In this document: positions 46,639 through 59,029 of the stretch, piece by piece
Position numbering within the stretch: position 1 is the first letter of the stretch
Layout of the letters: each line of letters begins with the position of its first letter
NCBI GenBank assembly: GCA_001599295.1
Contig: BCGN01000009.1
Location: 434,001-498,000, forward strand
Source: Sporopachydermia quercuum
Lineage: Eukaryota
Length of the DNA stretch: 64,000 nt
Reading direction: 5' to 3'
The notes under the pieces: model-generated
The model's database searches: none
What the model was told of the DNA's origin: nothing
What the model saw: only the letters and a program-made list of their open reading frames with translations
Program-made: the position numbers and the translations under genes

Positions 46639-49600
46639 TTATAATCCTAACGCCATCAAACTACCAACAAACGTAAGAATCAACCGGCTTCTCACCTCGT
46701 TGATATCCTCGGGCACCAACCAAATTAAAGCTCCTAACTTTCGAGCAATGGAAATAGCCAACCTTGCATTAGAATACTTATCGTCATCACTAATGCCAGG
46801 AGTAACTAAATCATAATCGACATATCCTGGTTTCAATCCATTTAGAACATCCAATAGGAATATTCCTGAGGATAACGANGGGTCTTTGAATGATCTTGCT
46901 GGAGCATGGTTTCCTCCCTTAGCAGCATGCGATTGAGCCCATTTGAATATATCAGAATCGCTCAGTTCTTTGCCATTGCTGCTTAGAGACTTGAATGTAG
47001 TGACAATGTTTCTTCTCATCAGCTGCCATACAAGGCCTAATGTAAGGGTTCTACTGCCATCGGTGATATCTGCTCCTTCAATTCCTACTAATGAAAACTT
47101 ATTAGCCTTACCGATCTCCACGGCATAGTTGGTGTTTTCCACTGCTTTGAATCTTGACAGTTCTGCCGTTGGATCTGCTGATGAACGTTTATTGACATGG
47201 CGCGGGTTAACGCTTCCTGGGATGACTTTCTCAAACGCTTGCAGTAAAATAACCCCATCTTTCACGTCTTCAAAGAAACTGACCACTGGGGGATCCACGT
47301 CCAAGGAATTCAACCATAATGTGAACACACGGGCTTCTCTTTCGCCTTCAGCATCAAACTCCTCAATCACTGGTTTCTCCTCTTCCGTCATGGGGTCCAA
47401 GCCAGGATGAGTGTTGAATAGATGGGCAACAAAGGCCAAGTTGAGCTTGCTGTTGCCTGCAGTTAATGATGTAGGAGTAAGGTATTTTCTACAATGCAGC
47501 TTTTCAGCGTTTTGGAGAACTAGCTCGGCCCGGCGTAGGAGATTGGTTTCTTGTAAAGGACCTTTAGAACAAAGCTCTGGTGATAACTGATTAAGTAATA
47601 TAGTGTAGTTTTCACCGTCCATAACATCCTTAGAGAAATTGGATACTCTTCTATGCCAACCGGCTTGTTTTAAATGGTAGTTGAACCATCGGAGTAAAAT
47701 TTGCTCTGGGGGTAATCTGAGGAACTGTTCTAATGTCTCGTCTTCTTCTAACAGTCTGTAAAGCTCAGGATGCAATTGGATATCAATTTTCGACAATAAT
47801 CCTCTTCTGATGATCTGCCAGATTAAACCCAGGATCAAGTGCTCCTTGCCGTCGATGATATCTTCAGCATGGACGTTAACGACTATACAGCCGATAGCTT
47901 TAGCTGAATTGATGACAATATTGGCATTTTCGTTCATCGTGAAGTTATTCAAGCTTTTCCCAGGCTTTGGAATGTTTAAGACTCTGGTATCAATAGTATC
48001 TGGGACCGAATCATTGATTAGCTTAGATAGAACCAAACCATCTTTACATTCATCAAATACCTGGAAGGTTTCCGTTGGAATAGGAATTCGGTCACCAACC
48101 AGAGGATCACCAGCCAAAACGCTATTAATGTGCCTTGTGAATTCGGTCTTCTCTTCTTCATTAATAGTATGGGTTGTGCCTGAGGTTTTGCCTGACACAA
48201 TGATTTTAGCATTAACACCGGTGCCTTTATGTTGGATTTGGCTGTCACCGTGTCTGAGTTTTGTTATCAAGTCGACATAATCATCTAATTCTACTCTTCC
48301 GCTGGCGTCCACGTCGACGGTTTTCAATATCGATCTCACATTATCGTAGGAGCCTTCGCCGGATTCCGAGACTGCTGTGATGATAGTTTGTTTATCGACG
48401 TAGCCCTTGTCGTCGATGTCGATGGAGCGGAATTTGTCTACCAGGTTGAAGATATCTTCCTGGGAGAGCGTGGGGTATTTTTTCTAGAATGTTAGTACGG
48501 AGCGGAATAGAATGGAGGTCGGAGTTCCCAAGTGCAAAAGTTCAGAGATTCAGAGGTCCAGAGTTCTGAAGACGATATGTTTGTGAGCTGTTCAGGAGAT
48601 TGAANNTCTGCTGGATAGTGACGATAGTGACAATATAGCACAGTAGCTTCTGCTATAACAGTGAACCCTCAGCAACTAGAAATGACAGTCAAATAACAGC
48701 TGCAGCTATAACAAAAATAACAAACTAATAATTTGTATGATTATAAAGCAATAGCACAACAACTTAAGCAAGAAGGAACCAATTGACTTCTTTGATGCAT
48801 ATCAATATGACAATAAAGGGTATCTATCCAATTGCCAGGTAATTAACAGAAAACAGAAAGAAACGATAATAAGTAGTAACTTGCTTTCTACCAATAGGCG
48901 TCAACTGCTTGCTAATTTCAACTGCTATTATACGCTAAAACGCTAATAGTCCCAGTATCAACTGCTAATCATGCAAACAGTTCAATTCTTGCTGATATAA
49001 CCNGAGACATTCGATATCCAAGGCCAATGATCAGTCGGCTGTTCTTTGTGGTAAGCAAGTATACATTCATTTTATGATTTGTGCTTGTTTCCCTTTTTGG
49101 TGTAGACGTTTGGTCTGTTGATTGAAAGTAGAAAAGCAAAGAATAAGAACCTCATGGCAATATCTCTAAACGCTTGCATGTTTAAAATAAGCACCTTTTA
49201 ATGAAGCTAAGGATAGAAGAAGGCAAAGTATTTTAGTCGTCGTCGGTTGTGGTATGTTTGATAGATATTTCCAATAAGCAATTGAATGTATTCTAATAGT
49301 CTGATAATATCACAATAATACAGTATCATAAAATCATACAGTGAGTGACCACACAAACTAATGACACTTTGCTTTTCTTAAATATCAGCAGGTCAACAAC
49401 AATTCAACAACTACTACAGTTTTTTTGTTGCTTGCTTGTTTATTTCTTATTTTTGCTCGTTTGCTTCTTGTATCAATGATAATATGACATGGATTGTGAA
49501 TAATGCTGAAGCCATTTGCTCTTGTACGCAAGCAGTTCAATCATCTGAAGTCATTCTGATTGACAGTAATTCAACATGAATCAACTAACTAGCACTCCTG

Positions 49601-49804
49601 TGTATATCAGGCATTCCTGTTGATCTTCTTTTTGATTCAGTAATCCCTTTCCAATCACCAGTTTATACATTCTATTTCACCAATTATCAATTGAGGTCGT
49701 GAACACCAAAGTTCTACCTTTGCACCATTCTGGTTCCCGAACACTTTTATGATCTTTAACAAATAATTAGCAAATTAACGTACTTGAAGTTTGATTATAT
49801 TCAT
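46639..49804 (-). CDS. SAC6: Fimbrin (actin-bundling protein; EF-hand headpiece and 4 CH domains), 2 exons, 621 aa
   Basis: Exon 1 (49804-49784) reads MNIIKLQ and exon 2 (48483-46639) begins KKYPTLSQEDIFNLV. It contains DGLVLSKLINDSVPDTIDTRVLN, LPPEQILLRWFNYHL and AISIARKLGALIWLVPEDI. Confidence 0.96.
48484..49783 (-). other. 1300-nt spliceosomal intron of SAC6
   Basis: GTACGT donor at 49783 and TACTAAC-ATTCTAG at the 3' end. It is phase 0 after codon 7, the position I recall for the S. cerevisiae SAC6 intron. Confidence 0.88.
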
Positions 49805-51201
49805 TTTCAATGATCTTCGCTTGTTCAGTTGTTTAGTTGTTCACTAGTTGTATATTGTTAGTATATATATTCAAGCTCGTAGTAGTAATATTGGCAATTG
49901 AGGTTCCTCTTAGCTAGCATCTCCCCCTGCTTCGAACGATTTGATATTTTGCCCGATCTTCTGAAATAAAGTCATCATCAGTCGTCATTCAATTGTATCA
50001 AAACTACCAAACTACTTGAATAGAGCCTTCTATCTCCATCATCATCCTACATATCCAAGCTGCTTTGTTACTATATCTCTATTTTTGTTGCCATTAAACA
50101 CTCCCAATACATTGAGGCATGATACATACATACAGTGTTTGCTGCCTTGTTATCCAGCTAGTCAATTACGAATCTTCACACTCAACTTGAAAAAATAGCT
50201 AGTAACGTTCACTTGATCTGTCGATGATAGATAGAAGATTTGGTAATTAATTATTATATTACTCCTCATGCAAAGCGTTGATTATTGGGATTACTAGGAG
50301 TATAAGTGGAGGAAAATGGATGGGGGCTGGTAGTACTAAAATTAACTTGGGATGAAAGGAGGACCGGAGACTATAAGGATAATCGGAGAAGATATGCTGG
50401 AGGCACAGCAAGGTTAATAAGGGACAGGGGAGATTGTGGACAGTAGTTGAAACAGAGAGGGTAAAACGGGACAGGTGGTGACTGTTAGCTGCTGAAAGGG
50501 ATTGGGAGGAGTTTAGTTGTTGGTTATTGTTGTTCATCGTGATTGTGGTCTGAGGTTTACTTAATATCCAATTCCTGGAAATTTCAAGTGATATATATCT
50601 CCCTTTATTATGTTTAATGGTAAAGAAAGTAGTGTGGACAATGAATAGAATCAATTTACAAGGAATCCGACAAACTGTCCGCTCAAATAGCCGAATTACA
50701 GTTGGCGAAGTCTTATGTTCAAACTGTAAATTATCTCCGAAATACTTAGTGAACCTTATTTCTTTTTCACATGCGTAAGCAAACTACACGTGACCAGATA
50801 ATTTATCACCACAGATACGGTCGGTGATCACCACAAATAGTAGATTAAACAATGATAAATCAGCACTTCAGGCTATTCATTCCTTACTTTTCAGAAGATT
50901 TGAACTCTTCATTATCAACAGTTACTTTTCTCTTGATTAAATATTGGCCTTTTGCTTTGAATCGTTAATTTTGCTTGTACTAATTGCTGTTCAGATTTGT
51001 TCGTGTAATCTCGTAAAATCTGCATTCTTGTGAGAAAGCACTAATTGCGTTCTATTTTGACTATTGCCATAGCTGAACAATCAGATCAAAACTCGCAATA
51101 TAAATAGCAACCATTGTATAATATATAAGATTTCTATTAATCAATTCATATATTCTTAGGTACCAAAATCATTTATTCTAGTATTTGAACAATTTACAGA
51201 A

Positions 51202-52132
51202 ATGGCATTGAGAACACTAGCCCATAGCACTTCTGACAGTTTGGCAGGATTCCTGCAGCTAGACAAAGGAATGACCTTGGACCCTGTAAAAGACGTTGCT
51301 CTTGTCACAGGAGGTGCCTCGGGGCTAGGAAAGTATATCAGTTTCAACTTAAGATTGAAAGGCATGAAAGTAGCTGTAATTGATATTGTTGTTCCTGAAG
51401 TCAAGCAGCAAGTAGAAGGTGTGGCTTACTATCAATGTGATATAACGGATAAAATCCTTGTGAGGAAAACGGTAGCAGATATTAACAGCGAGCTCGGGCC
51501 AATCACCATTTTAATAAACAATGCAGGAATAGCTATTGGCTCTTCAATATTGAAACTGGACCATCATGAAATTGATCGTATAATCAAAGTGAACTTGAAC
51601 GGTAATTTCTATATGATCAAGGCTATTTTACCAACGATGATGGAAGTAAACAGAGGTTACATAGTGACCATAGCTTCAACTTTGGGATATATTTCTCCAG
51701 CAAATTTCAGTAATTTCGACCATACTTTCAGAACAGATTAATAATTGACATACGTTCTTGCTAACAAATAAACTGTATACTTTAGGTGTATATGGTGCTA
51801 GTAAAGCGGGCACAATTGCCGTTCACGAGTCTTTAACATATGAACTGGGTGGACCATCAAACAATGGTGCTATTAAGACATTGTTAGTATGTCCAGGTCA
51901 AATGAGAACAAACATGTTTAATAATGTTGAAACTCCGTCGAAACTGTTTGCACCTTTATTAGACCCTAGTTATGTTGCCAAAAATATTATCAATCAAATG
52001 GAATTAGGTCGACAAGGAGAATTGAAAATGCCCCTTTATGGGGTATTTCTTCCTGTTCTGAGGGCTCTTCCATGGCAGATAGTTGCGCTAGTAAGAAAGT
52101 GGAGTGGAATTGATGGAGTGGTAGCTCACTGA
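51202..52132 (+). CDS. Short-chain dehydrogenase/reductase (17beta-HSD11/RDH10-like; Tda5/YDL114W-like), 2 exons, 284 aa
   Basis: VALVTGGASGLG, ILINNAG, catalytic YGASK and LLVCPGQ. Intron 51710-51785 (GTAATT..GCTAAC..TAG) restores the frame. The N-terminus could extend further, as the frame is open from a TAG at 51157-51159. Confidence 0.88.
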
Positions 52133-53538
52133 CACACCAAAAAGTCCTGGAGATCCATGTCATCGCTGGTCCAATATATCTCATGATAGAAAGGGTTATT
52201 TTCTTCTTCATACTTCTTTTTCTTCAGGGTCACAGCTACTCCAGTGATATTGCAGGGACACCATTCGTTCTTTCTGGCGTAGTTTGAGGCGTCAACCAAC
52301 GTGGAAGATATCAAATCAACAAACCCACCAAATCGTCTTCTTTCAAATGGCTTCTCTAATGTTTTCGCATCAACGCCCAAAAACCGTTTAGCAGCTTTCC
52401 CTTGAAATTTGATCACCAGCATATTGTCGTTCTCCTGGAAATCTTCTGGGTCCATCCGTAATAGCAACGGCTGTAAAGCATCTCTTACTACAACGCTGAA
52501 GCTCAGTTCTCCGTTTGCTATCCAGTCTGCTGGATCAGAAGGAATAAACTTCACAATTGATACAACAACATTATGCAGGCTGCCCACTTCAGCATCACGA
52601 ATTGATGCTACTGTAGGTTTCGTGTCTATGTTTGTTGCAAGAGTCTTGCTTCTTCGTTTAACTTTAGTGATGGTTGATGTGAGATCCAGTTCAGCTCTAT
52701 TGCGCTTCGATTCAATGTTCACCGGCTGAAGAACTTCTCTCTTGGTTATTATTGATTTCCTATCAACCGGTTCAGCCGGTCTTGAGAATACTGGTTCTTC
52801 TGTCTTGACTACACTCAAATTGCCGTTTGCTGCGGTTCTCGCGATGGCCGCACTAGTACTAGAGATGACTTGTGAAGAACTGGCCACAGACAAGGCTTCC
52901 GATCCTGGGTTTATACTAGACAATTCTCTTTCTAAATAGTCTTGTAGATTGTCTTGCATATTTGAGTTATTAAAGAAATACTCGGCCCTTTTTTTGAATA
53001 AGGTGATACTCTGTGGTGCAGATAACGGTAGTATTTTTATGCTGGTAAATACTTTTCCTTCTAATTTGCCTCGAAACTCGTTCTTTTCATAAACACATTC
53101 AATGGGAATGAATGGAAACTCGTTGTTGATATTCTGGGTGAAAATCATACTGCTTGTTGAGGGATTCAACTGTTTTAAACGTTCTGCGGAACTCAAATGT
53201 TCGTTACCTTCAAACAAAGCCATAAACTGTTGGTACACTCTGCGTTGCACTTGCAAACAAAGACAGTTCTGATCGCTGTAATCAGCAAAAAGAATACCAT
53301 CTTGATTATATTCTAAGGCCAAACGATGTGAGACTCTTCTAGTAGACGTTGGTTTCATCTCAGAGTAATCAGTTATCCAAATCTCTGCTGGACGACGCGG
53401 TTGGTCGTTCCAAGAGTAAATAGCAACAACATGAGCGAAAACACGTACTGATTGCCTATTTTCAAACTGCTCAGTATCTTTGAGCTCAATTGTAGGTATT
53501 GGCATTGCTGATTTATTAAATGATGAGTAATATTTCAT
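52126..53538 (-). CDS. Putative telomeric ssDNA-binding OB-fold protein (small Cdc13/Pot1-like), 470 aa
   Basis: Long ORF. The N-domain has PTIEL..FEN..VRVFAHVVA, IWITDYS and EFRGKLEGKV. After a low-complexity linker, the C-domain has VVVSIVKFIP, FSVVVRD and LVIKFQGKAAKRFLG. The ORF is solid; the family call is from motif recall only. Confidence 0.6.
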   Translation of the reverse strand: MKYYSSFNKSAMPIPTIELKDTEQFENRQSVRVFAHVVAIYSWNDQPRRPAEIWITDYSEMKPTSTRRVSHRLALEYNQDGILFADYSDQNCLCLQVQRRVYQQFMALFEGNEHLSSAERLKQLNPSTSSMIFTQNINNEFPFIPIECVYEKNEFRGKLEGKVFTSIKILPLSAPQSITLFKKRAEYFFNNSNMQDNLQDYLERELSSINPGSEALSVASSSQVISSTSAAIARTAANGNLSVVKTEEPVFSRPAEPVDRKSIITKREVLQPVNIESKRNRAELDLTSTITKVKRRSKTLATNIDTKPTVASIRDAEVGSLHNVVVSIVKFIPSDPADWIANGELSFSVVVRDALQPLLLRMDPEDFQENDNMLVIKFQGKAAKRFLGVDAKTLEKPFERRRFGGFVDLISSTLVDASNYARKNEWCPCNITGVAVTLKKKKYEEENNPFYHEIYWTSDDMDLQDFLVCQ

Positions 53539-56500
53539 CGGCTCGATGATAGGGATCGTACATCCATTGGGACCGCGTGAACAGTCGATGATGTCTGGTC
53601 TAATTGTTTGCTTGAGTTATAACAATAACGTGTAGAAAGGAAAAGATGATAAGGTTCGAAATTCTAGCATATACACTGCATAAGGTTTGAATTAGGAACG
53701 GATTCTGGAAGAGAGTAAAGCTATTTAGGGCTGAGGTTGTGATTAGGATAATGCAAATGCTAGGGAAAAAAATTGAATAATATAATGTATAAAGAGATAA
53801 AATTAGATTGTGAGTAAACTAAAAAGTGTCTTTCTACTGAGCGAATATGAGAGTTGAGATTCAGTTTTCGTGTCAATTGCCTCTCTCAATTATAATACTG
53901 ACATCCCGGAGAAGATATTATTGTCTGAATCGGAGAAGCTATTAATTCAGGTACCATGACCCAAAATGTGTGCTTGAATTGATCCCAATAGGGTTAGTAC
54001 GAACAGAAGATTTGTGAGATGAGACATGAAGGCATGACATGACACGACGGGGTTATGAGAGCCTAATATGATGACTGAAAAGAAATCAGCCGTCGTTGTC
54101 AAAATGATACAATTTGAGAAATTGAGAGCTGCTTTCTTAGTTTGAGAAGTACTTTGTAAGTTGCTAGTGCTTGTTCAGGCGTTTACTCCCTGCACATCTC
54201 TCTTTTGAAAGCTGTATGGATGGTGTTCACTTACATAAAACTGACATAGACATAAGCGAAATAACTTGGGAAAAATCATTCTTTCAGACCCTTGGTCCCT
54301 TGGTACATTGACAAACTTTCAACTTCTTTGTTTCATCAAGTTGCATTTGTTTCAATAGAATATTGTTTCATGATTTTTTTGAAATCATTCAAAAAAAAAT
54401 AATGATATTCGACTTCTCTTAATTGATTCTCTAAAGTTTTTGAAAGAAAAAGAAATGACTTCTCGAACAGTTTCCTAACTCATTGACTCTTCGCTATGAA
54501 TGATGCTTCCCCACAATACGACCAAACAATGGGTGGGGTATGAGGATTGTGTGGGGTCTCAAAATATGCAGGCGCTTCCCTTGAGACCAGGCGACGTCAA
54601 AAATGAGATTTGTTGTTAATCGAGTATTAGTTTAATCTTATCGGTGCTATAAAATTTACTTGGGACAACAATAAGGACGCATTTGGAATAAGTCTGTAAC
54701 GAAAGCGTTGCTAAATCTTGGTGTTCAAAGAAACATACTAGATATATGAACAACGAGCGAGGCATTCAATGTAATAGGACTTGCCATATTACAAAATACT
54801 TACAACATGGGTATTTCCAGCGAGGCTCACCGTCTTTATTAGTTTTCTACCTTGCTAACCGTGTCGTCTTGACTGTTGATAAGCTCTTACTCTCCAAGTT
54901 CCATTGATATATAAGCAGAGACTATATATATGTATTGGAATAGTGTCTATTGTTTTCTTCAAAATAGAACTAGTGCCATCGTCATCATTGACTCTGTTTT
55001 ACTATCAATTATTATAAATTCTCTTGGACATGTCGATCAATTGTCTCAATTGTAAATTCACTGACGTGCCATATTTAGTATTACCTATCATCCAATTCAA
55101 CCATACTATGAAAACAACTAACTCCAGCCATTACGATTGTTCATTTCCTTACTCGGCAATCATTATAATGAAAGAAAATGATGGATAAAAAATAAAAGAA
55201 AATGTGAGCAGATTGTCTGCTATGCAATACTTAAAGAAACAAAGAGGAGAAAATTAACCTCAAGCTATATTGTACATTTTCTTCTCTTTAAGTCACTAGT
55301 GCCCTGTGTTATTGGACAAAAAAAGTATTAATTTTCTTCAAAAGAATTATCTTTCAATTTATCATCATTTACTATACGAAGTTCAAGTACAAGTCGGTAA
55401 TTAGTTGATTCAATCTTCGTAAATATACTCATATATGGGTATATTGATCCAAGTACCCTGTGATTACGTCATGCGTGAGAAGATTCAATTCAGTCCTCCA
55501 TCAATACTAATGTGTCAAATGTGTAAGAACAATGGTATGTAATACCAAATATATTTGTTTGCTATGTAATTGTGAGCGTCTAATTGCCACTACAGTGTAA
55601 TCATGTTAAAGAGCGAGAATTTTCTATGAATGTATACTCTTTCCTTTCTATGAGTTCTTTTTTTCGATGATATGGGTATAATTCAGTCGTAGACCCTTTG
55701 CCATTACTAGGGCTAACTCCTTTTAAAACCCAGCCGTTTCGAAGGCCCTTTTCATTTCAAACTACTTGACGCTTTATGTGACCAAAGAAGAAAGGACAAT
55801 TGTATCTTGAAAATGACAGCATGACCTGACAAGCATGATGAATGCATTCCACTTCATCGCAGAAACCAATGAGTCCAATCTATACTTCTTTTCTCCCAAC
55901 AAACTTATAATAGTATGTGTCCACTTATAGTATTCCAACACTATTATTCTTACCCTCATTTTTCTTTTAAATCCCTCCATACAATAACTTCGCTCTTCAT
56001 GGCTAACTCCATTCTTCGTCTTCATTTACCCGACTCTTTGTGTCACACCCTCTATTTGCTTGTCACAACCGCCCCCTGACATGAACCATTCTCTCCCATT
56101 ACCATCCAAAACTTAACCTTCCTTTAATGGTTACCATCATTATTTTGCGTCTGTCATTGAAGCAAACTGAAGTCTCACTGGCCATTGGCATCATTATTAC
56201 AGTCTCTAAAGAGAATGTCAATCAATATTGACATCAAGGGCGAAGCATTCCATATAANAATCCGTCATCGAAGTTTTAAATTTGATAATCCAAACAGCAT
56301 CAATATTTATTTCAGTATCAGTATTGTTTTGAGATCTCGAAGTAAGAAACCAAACCAAACCAAAGAGCAAAGTGTCGGGTTCTAGTAAAGAGAACAGCCA
56401 AAGGTCAATCAACAACCTATTATACGACTGAGATTTATATTCAAATTGGTTTGAATGAGTCTCCAAAGCATAAAATATATTGAAATTCTGTAACATAATT

Positions 56501-56975
56501 CATTTTCTTTGAGAAAGTAAAAGGAACCAGAAGGGGGTAAACAGAGATAATCGAAGAGCTCGGTGTGATAGAGTAGAGGCGACAGAATTGTTTTTGACAG
56601 TATCATCGTTGTTCATTTTTTCTTGTTGTCGCTATAGGGACTCAACTATATTGGTTGTTTATTGAATCGTGGAATTCTTTATGTTATCTGCTTGTGGAAA
56701 GTATTTTATTCAATCAGTCAATCGAATAAGTGAAGCTTTCTTAAATATAAATCATTGCCACAACTGTTATCAATCGCCAATCAATCAACCATATTAAGTT
56801 GAATCTATTTGACAAAAAAATATTAAATATTTTCATCAAAAGAAAAGGCATACTCTCTACCGAGATCAATCTAAAAGATATCCTATCATTCATCATAAAC
56901 ATTCGTATCTGACTACTTTACAGCTACTGCAATAGCTCGTCATATTCAGTTCCAAAAGCATAAATCTAACCAAGA

Positions 56976-58142
56976 ATGTCATCCGGAACATCAGCTACAT
57001 CTGACTTGGTTACAGAGACTGTTCAAGATGGCCGAACAGGAGAATCAAAAACCTTGACATATACACAATGTAAAATGGCCGGTCATGGATCGTTTGGTGT
57101 CGTTTTCCAAACAAAATTAAGTCCATCTGGTGAAGACGCAGCAATAAAAAGAGTTCTGCAAGATCGAAGGTTCAAAAACAGAGAGCTACAAATAATGAGA
57201 TTAGTTCATCATCCCAATATTGTGGATTTAAAAGCTTACTTCTACTCGACTACTGAGAAAGATGAAGTATACTTGAATTTAGTAATGGAATACGTACCCG
57301 AAACAGTCTATAGAGCTTCGCACTANTTCACTCGACAAAAGATGACAATGCCAATATTAGAGGTGAAACTTTACACTTATCAACTATTAAGATCCTTAGC
57401 ATATATTCACTCTCAAGGGATTTGTCATCGTGACATAAAACCTCAGAATCTTTTGTTAGATCCAAGAACAGGAGTTTTGAAATTATGTGATTTTGGGTCA
57501 GCTAAAGTGTTGATACCAACTGAACCAAACGTTTCATATATATGCTCTAGATACTACAGAGCTCCTGAGTTGATATTTGGTGCTACTAATTATACTACTA
57601 AGATTGATGTATGGTCAGCTGGTTGTGTAATGGCAGAACTAATGCTTGGTCAACCTTTATTCCCTGGAGAGTCTGGTATTGATCAGTTGGTTGAGATCAT
57701 CAAGGTGTTGGGAACACCAACCAAAGACCAGATCAAAACAATGAATCCTAACTATATGGATCATAAATTCCCCCAAATCAAAGCGTTACCTTTCTCTAAA
57801 GTATTCAGAAAAGGACCAGGTGATGCTNTTGATATCATTGGTGAAATTCTAGAGTATTCACCTGGTGTTCGTATTTCTGCCATCAATGCTATGTCACATC
57901 CATTTTTTGATGAATTAAGAGATCCTGATACAAAATTAACTGATTCAAGAGATCCTAATGGCCCACCAAAGGATTTACCTCCATTGTTTAATTTTTCTCA
58001 ACACGAATTAAGTATTGCTCCTGAACTGAATAATGTTTTAATTCCTCCTCATGCAAGAAGCTCTATTGAGCAGTCATTGAATATTAAATGGGATTCATTT
58101 GTTCCTATCCCACAAGATGAATTAAGAGTAACATTAGACTAG
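56976..58142 (+). CDS. RIM11: GSK-3 family Ser/Thr kinase
   Basis: [42 protein letters not shown] and [14 protein letters not shown]. It is adjacent to CIN4 and PSO2, as RIM11 is in S. cerevisiae. Confidence 0.93.
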   Translation: MSSGTSATSDLVTETVQDGRTGESKTLTYTQCKMAGHGSFGVVFQTKLSPSGEDAAIKRVLQDRRFKNRELQIMRLVHHPNIVDLKAYFYSTTEKDEVYLNLVMEYVPETVYRASHXFTRQKMTMPILEVKLYTYQLLRSLAYIHSQGICHRDIKPQNLLLDPRTGVLKLCDFGSAKVLIPTEPNVSYICSRYYRAPELIFGATNYTTKIDVWSAGCVMAELMLGQPLFPGESGIDQLVEIIKVLGTPTKDQIKTMNPNYMDHKFPQIKALPFSKVFRKGPGDAXDIIGEILEYSPGVRISAINAMSHPFFDELRDPDTKLTDSRDPNGPPKDLPPLFNFSQHELSIAPELNNVLIPPHARSSIEQSLNIKWDSFVPIPQDELRVTLD

Positions 58143-59029
58143 ATGTGCGTGTGTGTTAATTGGAGTCAAGATATTTATTCTATTGTTATATTTCATGTCA
58201 AACTAAACTACTTTAATGTTACAATTGTTATATGATTATTTTGTATTGATTAGATGAGTTAGTCAATTCTCCCGCGTGAAATAAAGGTAGATTGAAGTTA
58301 TAGTATTCTTAGAGAATAAAGGTGAATGTGGAACACTATCAAAACGCACACAATTATCTCTATTATCATAGCTTTAATGTGTGTGCTATTTGCTACTACT
58401 ATTATTTTTTTGTATTTCTTATTCCTTATTTGAATCAATCTTTTGTTTATTATCCTTAGTGTTTATGATTATTATAATTCTTATCATTCTATCCTTATCA
58501 CTTTGTTTATCTTTCAATGTTTTCCGATTTCTTATTTGTCTTTTTTCTGGGTTGACGAAACGCGGTAAATAGGGTATAACCAGCATAAACGATCCTTTAT
58601 GAATTTTATTTCTTCATTCACTTTATTAACATTTTCGCATGTATTGTGAGATTGATTTTTGCCAATCAATGCCAATAGTTGTTTTTCTTTGGATTCCATC
58701 TTATCTTGCATGATTATTGTATTTTGAATCTCATCAAAAACTCCCTTTTTTTTGGTTTATTTCTTTATTTCATCATTTTTCTTGCTTTCTCTTTAGTTTT
58801 CATTATTCCAAAGCTTCAAACTTACTAACTCATAATGATGCCTTTTCTATTGACACATACTCCTTCTAATTTCTCTACTTTTCCTTCCAAACATTTGTTT
58901 GGTATTTTGTACAGGCCTTGCGTTTCAAAGTGTCATTATATGTGAAAATCTAGATGTTCTTCTGATGATAATCATCCTTTTGCATAGGCGTTATCAAATA
59001 GCATGAAGCATTGTCATGAATAGTTCCAT

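Noticed and set aside
48969..49070. Internal AAAATGAAT start in the SAC6 intron resembling exon 1
   Set aside because: It is followed by GTATAC, a poor donor, and a short ORF with no fimbrin similarity. It is likely a chance 9-bp match.
53989..54000. TAGGGTTAG telomere-like word upstream of the Cdc13/Pot1-like gene
   Set aside because: It is a single 9-bp match, the species' telomere repeat is unknown, and it is equally read as TACTAAC on the minus strand.
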